41,376 bases of DNA, from NCBI GenBank assembly GCA_024640785.1, contig JAHEEI010000003.1, forward strand, positions 1 to 41,376, read 5' to 3'. The translations under genes were made by a program, and so were the position numbers. Position 1 is the first letter of the stretch. Every line of letters begins with the position of its first letter. This DNA comes from Pseudomonadota bacterium (lineage in GTDB: Bacteria; Desulfobacterota; WTBG01; CAIYCZ01; CAIRTM01). This document shows positions 9,255-16,804 of this stretch, piece after piece. The notes under the pieces were generated by a model. The model saw nothing but the letters and a program-made list of their open reading frames with translations, ran no database searches and was not told the DNA's origin.

Positions 9255-9709
9255 AGAAATTTCTAAATTTAACATCAAGTGGTTAAATCATATTACCATC
9301 AAATATCCTGCAAAAAAGTTATTTTTTTATCCCGAATTTTTTAGAATTAAATTATCAATATATTGTATGAATCATATGTTTAAACTGCATATGTTGAAAT
9401 TCACAACAGCTGTTAATTGACTGTGGAATACTTTGTTATAACAGCATATTTGTATTTAAAATAAAGGGGTTCAAGTAAACTGTTCCAAAATGTAACACTA
9501 TTTTAAATAAAGTAATATCAGTTAGTTATGATTTTAGTAGTCAGTTGACATGATAATTCTAAGCAACATAAAAAAATAAAGTAATTTCAAAAACTAATGT
9601 TGATAAACAGTTTATAATTTTCGAAAAAGTATAAATTTAAAATATTTGAATTTTCTTATACCTGTTTTTAAAATAGATGTTTATAAAAATTAAAGATAAT
9701 ATTTTTTCC

Positions 9710-9738
9710 TTGACGCAGAGGATATAAATTATTAGATT
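9710..9738 (+). promoter_or_regulatory. Candidate sigma70 promoter of the tetR-aor-ubiD unit
   Basis: TTGACG (9710-9715), 17 nt, TAGATT (9733-9738). Confidence 0.55.
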
Positions 9739-9744
9739 TGACTA

Positions 9745-9758
9745 TGAATCCAAATTCA
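9745..9758. promoter_or_regulatory. Candidate TetR operator TGAAT-N4-ATTCA
   Basis: 5+5 inverted repeat overlapping the predicted transcription start directly upstream of the tetR gene. Confidence 0.5.
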
Positions 9759-9776
9759 AAAATTTCAGGTTATACA

Positions 9777-10400
9777 ATGAGAAAAGATAAAAATACTTTA
9801 ATTTTAAACGCTGCAATTAAGATATTTGCAGAAAAAGGGTATCAATATGCAACAATAGCTGAGATCGCTAAGGAAGCTGCTGTTTCGAAAGGACTAATTC
9901 ATTTTTACTTTGAAAGTAAGCTTGATCTTATGCTTTCTGTAATCCTGAGTTTTCTTGAGCATGTTAATGAGATAAATGCTAAAAAATTAATTGGTTCTAT
10001 CAGTCCCGTAGATTCATTGAAGGCAGTTTTTGAGACTTTTCAAGAGCTTTTATTTAAAGATTCGGATAACCTTTATAAGGGGAAGATTTTAAATGAGGGT
10101 CTTCCTGAGGTGGATAAAATTAAAAGCAAAGTGCTTAAAAATAAAAAGGCGGCTATTGATGAACAAAACAGGAAACTATTTGATACTATTGATAAGCTTA
10201 TCCATGAGGGACAGAAGGCTTCACTACTAAATAGAAATCTGAAACCTGAAATCATAAGGCAGATATTGGGTGGGTCAAGTCAGTTTCTAACCACGGGAAT
10301 GTATCTGCACCCATTCGGCAAGGGCGGACTGGGCTATAATAAAAGAGATGTAAAAAAAGCCATGAATATGTTGATAGATAGTTTTAGAGCTGCTAAATAG
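9777..10400 (+). CDS. TetR/AcrR-family transcriptional regulator
   Basis: HTH ILNAAIKIFAEKGY...TIAEIAKEAAVSKGLIHFYFESK; start uncertain (9738, 9744 or 9777). Confidence 0.95.
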   Translation: MRKDKNTLILNAAIKIFAEKGYQYATIAEIAKEAAVSKGLIHFYFESKLDLMLSVILSFLEHVNEINAKKLIGSISPVDSLKAVFETFQELLFKDSDNLYKGKILNEGLPEVDKIKSKVLKNKKAAIDEQNRKLFDTIDKLIHEGQKASLLNRNLKPEIIRQILGGSSQFLTTGMYLHPFGKGGLGYNKRDVKKAMNMLIDSFRAAK

Positions 10401-10453
10401 AAATACTAAGGCTTTTATAAATCAAAATAAATTCAGAGGAAGGGAAGATTATC

Positions 10454-12229
10454 ATGATTAAGGGAGGATATTTTGGAAGATATTTAAAAATTGATCTTAC
10501 TAATAGGAGCTTTAAAGAAGAAGAACTCTCCAAAGATATAATGAATAAATATCTTGGTGGGCGCGGTATTGCAACTAAGCTCCTTTTCGATCTTCAGGGA
10601 GGTAAAATAGATGCTCTTTCTCCGGGAAGCAATTTAATTATATTTACCGGACCTGTTGGCGGGACGAATGTACCGGGAAGTTCAAGGATATTTTTTGGGA
10701 GTAAATCACCGCTCAGTAATGCTATTAATACAACCAGTATGGGTGGTATTTTCCCAAATATGTTTAAAAAGACAGGTTACGACGGTGTTGTAATTCAAGG
10801 AAAAGCTGATGATAAAACCTGGATTCATATTTCTCCCGGTAATGTTCAGTTTCATTCAGCATCAGATGTTTGGGGTCTTAAAACCTCAGATGCTGAAAAA
10901 ATTATCAAAGAAAGAGCAGGTTCTAAATCTAGTGTTGCACTAATTGGTCCGGCTGGAGAGAAACAAGTTCTTTTCAGTGCTATTGTGTCAGATACACGGA
11001 CTGCAGGAAGAGGTGGAACCGGCGCTGTTATGGGTTCAAAAAACCTAAAAGCAATTGCTGTTTCGGGTGAGGTTAAAGTTCCAGTTGCAAATAAAGATGC
11101 AATGGATAAAATATCGAAAAAAATAAGAGAAGATCAGGCTGAGAATCCGAGCGCTCTGGGGATGAACATGAACGGCAGTGCCGGTCTGGTGAGCCCGGTA
11201 AATGCCATGGGTGCGCTTCCGACAAAGAATTTTCAGCAGGGGACTTTTGCGGGTGCCGATGAGATGGGAGGCTATGCCATTACAGAAAAGAACAGGGTGA
11301 AAGCGGTTGCCTGTGCTTCCTGCACGGTCGCCTGTTCTTTAATTGCGGAAGCTAAAAATGGTAAATATGCCGGTACCATAACCGAAGGCCCGGAATATGA
11401 ATCAGATGTAATGCTCGGTTCAAATATCATGGTTGATGATACGGATGTTATTGTCTGCGCAAATCATCTCTGTGATGAATATGGAATCGATACCATCTCA
11501 ACCGGAAATGTGATTGGTTTTGCTATGGAGTGCTATCAGCGCGGGCTCATCACTGAAAAAGATACCGGAGGTCTTGCTTTAAACTGGGGTGACGGTGATA
11601 TCGTTCTCGAACTAATTAATCTTATCGGTAAAAATGAAGGGTTTGGTAAACGGCTGGGTCAGGGTGTTTTGAGATTCTCTAAGGAGATCCCTGGCTCTGA
11701 GTCTTTTGCCATGCACGTAAAGGGACTTGAGCTTGCTGCCTATGACCCAAGAGCTGTTTTTGGGCAGGCTTTATCTTATGCAGTTGCACCTCGCGGGGGT
11801 GAACATGGACGCGGCGGATATATGATCGTAGAGTTTTTTCAGGCTGATGCGGACCTGTACACTCATGTGGGCAAGGCTGAAAAAGCAGCAAAACTGTCAG
11901 AGGCTGCTGCAATTTATGATATAGCCTCCGTTTGCAGTTTTAACTTCATACCGACCTCTGATTTGCCTGAATTAATTAATTCTATAGTAGGTACAAATTA
12001 TACTGAGGAGGATTTAAGACAAATTGCCCGGAATGTTATGACCCTTGAACGTCAGTTTAATAACAGAGAAGGCTTTACCAGAAAAGATGATACTCTGCCG
12101 TCACGTCTTTTAAATGAGCCTTTACCCGATGGAATGGCTGAAGGTAAAAAGGTTGAGGGTCTTGATATAATGCTTGATGAGTATTATGCAATTCGCGGCT
12201 GGGATAAAGAGGGTGTGCCTCTGCAATAG
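10454..12229 (+). CDS. aor: Tungsten-dependent aldehyde:ferredoxin oxidoreductase (AOR/WOR family)
   Basis: YLGGRG, KSPLS, IGPAGE, AGRGGTGAVMGSKNLKAIAV, CASCTVAC plus distal Cys (VCSF), EGPEYES, DEYGIDTIS, DDTLPSR, YYAIRGWD. Confidence 0.95.
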   Translation: MIKGGYFGRYLKIDLTNRSFKEEELSKDIMNKYLGGRGIATKLLFDLQGGKIDALSPGSNLIIFTGPVGGTNVPGSSRIFFGSKSPLSNAINTTSMGGIFPNMFKKTGYDGVVIQGKADDKTWIHISPGNVQFHSASDVWGLKTSDAEKIIKERAGSKSSVALIGPAGEKQVLFSAIVSDTRTAGRGGTGAVMGSKNLKAIAVSGEVKVPVANKDAMDKISKKIREDQAENPSALGMNMNGSAGLVSPVNAMGALPTKNFQQGTFAGADEMGGYAITEKNRVKAVACASCTVACSLIAEAKNGKYAGTITEGPEYESDVMLGSNIMVDDTDVIVCANHLCDEYGIDTISTGNVIGFAMECYQRGLITEKDTGGLALNWGDGDIVLELINLIGKNEGFGKRLGQGVLRFSKEIPGSESFAMHVKGLELAAYDPRAVFGQALSYAVAPRGGEHGRGGYMIVEFFQADADLYTHVGKAEKAAKLSEAAAIYDIASVCSFNFIPTSDLPELINSIVGTNYTEEDLRQIARNVMTLERQFNNREGFTRKDDTLPSRLLNEPLPDGMAEGKKVEGLDIMLDEYYAIRGWDKEGVPLQ

Positions 12230-12325
12230 GCTATAATAGCATTTTTAAAAAGAAAACGTTTGTAGAGATTTTTATAAATACTGGTTCAAGCACACAAAAC
12301 TGTTTAAACTTAAAAGGAGAACAAA

Positions 12326-13789
12326 ATGTATCCATATGATTCATTAAGAGATTATGCAGAGGATTTGGAAAAACAGGGGAAACTGATAAGAATAAATAAG
12401 ATGGATCAGGACAAGTATGAGATGTCCGCACTGGTCTATAAACTAAATGACAGGCTGGACTATAAAGCACCGGCCTTCCTGGCTGAGAAAACGAAGATTA
12501 ATGATAAAGTCTATGATTCACCGGTTATCGGCAATCTTTTAAATAGTTTTGGGACAGTTGCCCAGTGCTTTGGTGTAGAGAAGATTAATGACAATCAGGG
12601 CGAGATGTATGATGCCGCGGTAGCACGAATTATGTCTTTTCAGGATAAGGAGATGAAGTGGCAAAGCATTGAACCTGTGATTGTTGAAAAATCGGCGGCC
12701 CCCTGTAAAGAGGTTATATTAAACGGTGAGGATGCAGACCTGGGTAAATTTCCATGGATTAAGAATAATCCTGCAGACGGAAGTCAATATATAAGCGCCG
12801 GTTCAGTTATCTTGGAAGATGTTGACCTTGGGAAAAATGTGGGAACCTACCGGATGCAGGTAAAAGGTCCGCGCAAGGTTGGGGTATATTTTACAAACCA
12901 GAGCCATGGATATAAGTTTATGATGCAGGCTCTTGAACGCGGTGAAGAAAGTGTAAAGGTCTCTGTTGCTGTGGGTATAGACCCGATTTCATGGATGATG
13001 AGCAGCACACGCCTTGCTGATTTGGGTGAAGATGAATTTTCAATTTCCGGTGGATTTAGAGGTAAGGCGGTGGAACTTGTTAAGAGTGAAACCAATGATC
13101 TTAATGTTCCAGCCCATGCAGAATTCATCATTGAAGGGGATATTTCAATGGAAACAGCAGAGGAGGGCCCATACGGTGAAATGCTGGGATATGTGGGAAA
13201 AAAGGTCTGGACCTTTGAAATTGATATAAAGACGATTACTCACAGGGAAAAACCCTGGGTATATAATTTGTGGCCCGGTATTGGCGGCGCATACTTAACC
13301 CTTCCATGGGAGGTGGGTCAGTTCACTAAATTAAAACAGATCATGCCGAACCTGGTTAAACTGCATACCCCACCTGCAACCGCATCCGTGGTTATTGCCT
13401 GTATTGATAAGAAACTTCCGGGTGAAGGTATTGAGGCAGGTATGATGATTCTGGGTTACCGGTTCATCGGTTTCAGCAAGAAAATGGCCATTATTCTGGA
13501 TAAGGATATTGATCCAACAGATTTAAACAGAGTAATTCAGGCGGTCGGTACCCGCTGGCAGCCTGATCCTGCAAGCCTGGTTGTTAAACAGTCTTTTCAT
13601 ATCCCTCTTGAACCCAGCAGTAAAGAGATGTTTTTAAGCAGCAAAATAGTCATTGATGCGACCCGGCAAATGGAAAGTGAAGGGGGGCCTGAGACTTACC
13701 CTTATGATAACCGCACCGTGCTTGAAGAAAGAGCTGAAGAAGCCTTTGATATCGTAAATAAAAGATGGGATGAATATTTTGGCAAATAA
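12326..13789 (+). CDS. UbiD-family prFMN-dependent (de)carboxylase
   Basis: AAAGGAG RBS; NVGTYRMQV (Arg), VPAHAEFIIEG, EEGPYGEMLGY (two Glu), TRWQP, SKIVIDATR. Confidence 0.93.
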   Translation: MYPYDSLRDYAEDLEKQGKLIRINKMDQDKYEMSALVYKLNDRLDYKAPAFLAEKTKINDKVYDSPVIGNLLNSFGTVAQCFGVEKINDNQGEMYDAAVARIMSFQDKEMKWQSIEPVIVEKSAAPCKEVILNGEDADLGKFPWIKNNPADGSQYISAGSVILEDVDLGKNVGTYRMQVKGPRKVGVYFTNQSHGYKFMMQALERGEESVKVSVAVGIDPISWMMSSTRLADLGEDEFSISGGFRGKAVELVKSETNDLNVPAHAEFIIEGDISMETAEEGPYGEMLGYVGKKVWTFEIDIKTITHREKPWVYNLWPGIGGAYLTLPWEVGQFTKLKQIMPNLVKLHTPPATASVVIACIDKKLPGEGIEAGMMILGYRFIGFSKKMAIILDKDIDPTDLNRVIQAVGTRWQPDPASLVVKQSFHIPLEPSSKEMFLSSKIVIDATRQMESEGGPETYPYDNRTVLEERAEEAFDIVNKRWDEYFGK

Positions 13790-13809
13790 TTTTATCCAAT
13801 GTTGATATA

Positions 13810-13838
13810 AAAGAGCCCTATATTAAACAGGGCTCTTT
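13810..13838 (+). terminator. Intrinsic terminator-like hairpin after the ubiD-family gene
   Basis: AAAGAGCCCT / 9 nt / AGGGCTCTTT followed by A/T-rich sequence, 20 nt after the stop. Confidence 0.7.
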
Positions 13839-14118
13839 ATATATAATGGTCTGATCTAGGTACGAAGCTTTTAGAAGAGGATTCAATTTTACTTGACATC
13901 GAGATAATATAAGATTGAGTTATGCTAACTTAGAACTCATTATTCTAGTAAAGACCCAAGTTGTTTAAATTCATGTTTCATATTAATTATTAAAAATAAA
14001 TCCTTGAAAAAATCTTTCTATGTTCTATATATAAACAATAAAAGATACTTATATCTTTAAAATTATAGGGCTATAAGGTCTGTTTATCTCTAAACCAACC
14101 CTAAAATAAGGAGTGAAA

Positions 14119-14955
14119 ATGAAACAAAACTATAAAAAGTTTCATTTGCCAACAAAGTTAATATCCATAATCCTTGCCATCGGGCTTATTTTTATTTGTT
14201 CATCAGCATATTGTCAGGAAGATGATCCATGTGTGAAAAAAGAGAAATGGGAGTTTATGCTTACCCCATATTTTAACGCTAACAGCCTTGACCTCGACTC
14301 CACGATTAAGGGAACAACAGCAGACGTTGATCTGGATTTTTCCGACCTTACGGATGATTTTGATGCCTGGGGTGCATCGGCCCTTTTTGAGGCCCGCAAA
14401 GGTAAATTGGGCTTCCTTTTTAATGGGACGTATATAGACATCGATGGTGACTTTAATCTGGACCCCCCTACACTTGATAAGATAAATGTGGATATTGAGC
14501 AAGCGATCGTAGATGGGGCGCTTATGTACCGAATATTCGAAGGACCGCTGAGAAAAGGATGTTATCTGAAGACGACCCTTGATGTGTGGGGGGGGGCTCG
14601 CTATGTTTATCTGAAACAGGAAATATCCCCTAGACTCAATAGCGGCCTCACAACAAAGCTCGACAAAAGCAAAGACTGGGTGGAACCTATCTTGGGAGCC
14701 CGCATTTTAGTTCGACTGACCAAGAAAATTAGCTGGCTGGCGATGGGCAATGTTAGCGGCTTCGGCATTGGGTCGGCCTCCGACAAGACCTGGGATTTTA
14801 CGACTGGATTTGATTTTCGTCTGTTTGAGAAAGCTTCTTTAAAGCTGGCATATCGAATTTATGATATTGATTACGATATCGGAAGCGGTACGGAAGAGTT
14901 TGGGCTGGATGGCAAAATGGAAGGTCCTTGGCTGGGAATGACTTTCTATTTCTAA
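14119..14955 (+). CDS. Outer-membrane beta-barrel protein (porin-like, unknown substrate)
   Basis: AAGGAG RBS, signal peptide, alternating amphipathic beta strands, C-terminal beta-signal GPWLGMTFYF (alternative GTG start 14113). Confidence 0.85.
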   Translation: MKQNYKKFHLPTKLISIILAIGLIFICSSAYCQEDDPCVKKEKWEFMLTPYFNANSLDLDSTIKGTTADVDLDFSDLTDDFDAWGASALFEARKGKLGFLFNGTYIDIDGDFNLDPPTLDKINVDIEQAIVDGALMYRIFEGPLRKGCYLKTTLDVWGGARYVYLKQEISPRLNSGLTTKLDKSKDWVEPILGARILVRLTKKISWLAMGNVSGFGIGSASDKTWDFTTGFDFRLFEKASLKLAYRIYDIDYDIGSGTEEFGLDGKMEGPWLGMTFYF

Positions 14956-15239
14956 ATATGTTCCAAACGATATTTTATATAAAAACATACCAGAATAGGA
15001 AATTAATTGTATCTATAAAAGGCAAAAAATTTAGTATTGCAAAGCAAGATGTGTTTTCATTTATTTGTTAAGGAGAGTAAGGTTTTTCCATCATTGGCAG
15101 AGTCAACACAACTCCAGGCAACCTTAACATTTCAGCAAAAATTAAAAGTCAACGTTTACGATAATAATATTGAATATTTTTAAGAATTAAAGGTGTTGTA
15201 CGAACTGTTGACCCTAGGTTTTGTTAAGAGTACTTGTGG

Positions 15240-15923
15240 TTATGTGAAAAAGCAGAGTGAAAACCCTTTTTTTATTTTAAATAATCCAATAACCCGAATA
15301 ATTAAGTAATCAATTATCTGAACGCAGCGGCCATAATTACAGATGTAGGCCTTATTGTCTACGCTTGCATAACCATAATTCATAATAACGTTCCAGGCAT
15401 TGAAGTTTCTATTCGCCTCCAAAATACTTGTCCAGTATCAGCCACTCTGAATTCCTTTAAATAACTGCATATCTATCGATGTTACTTATTCTTTGCCTGT
15501 ACTTTCAGTAATTCCAACAAGCTCAGTTTTAGTCGGCAATCGCCAGTCTCCCATACAACCTATCCGTATAACCACAATCTACTTCTTAGATTTTAATTAC
15601 AACCCTTTTTGCATTATTCATCCCAGCTGTAACTCGAATTTTTCAATCAAACAAGCCCTGTTGTCATATCCTTTAACGTACCATTTCCCTAATCACATCA
15701 AAAGTCACCTTTTGAGAGTGTGCCATTACAGCTCTCACATGAAGATGGTGTGCCGTTTGTATTTTTGATATGAATTCCTCTGTTGTAGGTTCTGTACTGT
15801 GCGACCCTATTGTAAACACAAGATTTTCTGTAAAGCCAATATCGGTATAAGGAAGATGAACATTGTTGCTAGCATAACTATAATTATTATCCGAGTCTTT
15901 GTCCTCACTAATTCTTTCTACAT
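15240..15923 (-). pseudogene. Decayed DUF1566 (Lcl C-terminal domain) exported protein
   Basis: Minus-strand translation gives CD*GNGTLKDMTTGLV*LK ... GDWRLPTKTELVGI...*YWTS...AWNV...RCV with several stops and at least one frameshift; AAGGAG + ATG at 15923 is followed at once by TAG. Confidence 0.82.
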
Positions 15924-15991
15924 TTTAATTCTCCTTTTTGTATTAACTATTGTAAGAGCAAGCTCAAGTTTTTGCATTTTAATATTGGGCG

Positions 15992-16798
15992 TTATTGTGA
16001 ATAGAGTTTAATATAAAACTGAATTTTATCCTCAATGATAGTTTCCGCGATTTTCAGTTCCTCCAGTGATTTAAATTCAGATTCAAGGCTGACAAGTATT
16101 TTATCGAAGGCTGAAGGTATAATATTCCATTTTTCTCTGTAGTTAATTCTGGCAATGTTATATTCAGCCTTTGAAAAATAGTACTTCCCCAGTCTGCTTT
16201 CTTTTGACTTGAATTTCCAGTCTTCCTTTAATTTAAAAAAATCATTGAGCACTGTTTTTAGTCCAGGCTTGTTAAGGTATTTCTCTTTTATACTCTCACC
16301 CATTCTATTTTCAACTTGATTAAAGAATCCTTTTACAAGGTCAATATCAGTAATAGTAAGCGCATAAAGATACCAGTCGTCAACTGACTCAATTACAGCT
16401 TTTTGTTCAACAATTCTCAGGCTTCCAAAACTAGGACAAAAATGAGATGCACATATTTTTGTACCGTAAAAACAGTTATACCTTAAATCTGGAATTTTGG
16501 TTACTGCAGGATGAAGCATACAGCCTGTTTTAGTATGATCCTGGTTAATAAAACCAAGGAACTCACAGTTATAAATAGTCTCGAAAAGTATTGTATTGTG
16601 GATAGAGTCCTTAACCTGATCCTTATACTTGGAAAGGTTATTATAGTCCGGCAAAGATAGAAATAATTCCGTCTGCAGCTCCAGAATATCCTGAATTGCT
16701 TTTCGTTTGTGGTTCTGCCAGTTGAATTGTCCACAGCAGGCGCTGCAGGATTTTTTGATGTCAGGCTGGCAAAGCATTATTGGGTGAGAGGCTGACAC
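15992..16798 (-). CDS. Conserved hypothetical Cys-rich protein (possible Fe-S/Zn binding)
   Basis: 268-aa ORF; LCQPD..KSCSACCG, CEFLGF, GCMLHP, CFYGTKICASHFCP; last gene of a tight three-gene run. Confidence 0.75.
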   Translation of the reverse strand: MSASHPIMLCQPDIKKSCSACCGQFNWQNHKRKAIQDILELQTELFLSLPDYNNLSKYKDQVKDSIHNTILFETIYNCEFLGFINQDHTKTGCMLHPAVTKIPDLRYNCFYGTKICASHFCPSFGSLRIVEQKAVIESVDDWYLYALTITDIDLVKGFFNQVENRMGESIKEKYLNKPGLKTVLNDFFKLKEDWKFKSKESRLGKYYFSKAEYNIARINYREKWNIIPSAFDKILVSLESEFKSLEELKIAETIIEDKIQFYIKLYSQ

Positions 16799-16804
16799 AA
16801 TAAT

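Noticed and set aside
9199-9420. 73-aa ORF MSRILRTF...
   Set aside because: Overlaps the SLT pseudogene tail in another frame, TTG start, no RBS, AT-rich random-like composition
9398-9450. Nested short palindromes and DnaA-box-like words (AACAGCTGTT, TGTGGAATA) suggesting an origin
   Set aside because: Boxes mismatch TTWTNCACA, there is no cluster, and no dnaA/gidA context
13893-13926. TTGACA as promoter of the beta-barrel gene
   Set aside because: No good -10 hexamer at 16-18 nt spacing
15240-15923. Genetic-code reassignment (TGA = Trp) suggested by TGA at Trp positions
   Set aside because: The same relic has TAA/TAG stops and frameshifts, and intact genes (recG, rplM, der) end in TGA and use TGG for Trp
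15493-16011. Plus-strand ORFs 15493-15768 and 15799-16011
   Set aside because: Antisense shadows of the DUF1566 pseudogene; no RBS or motifs
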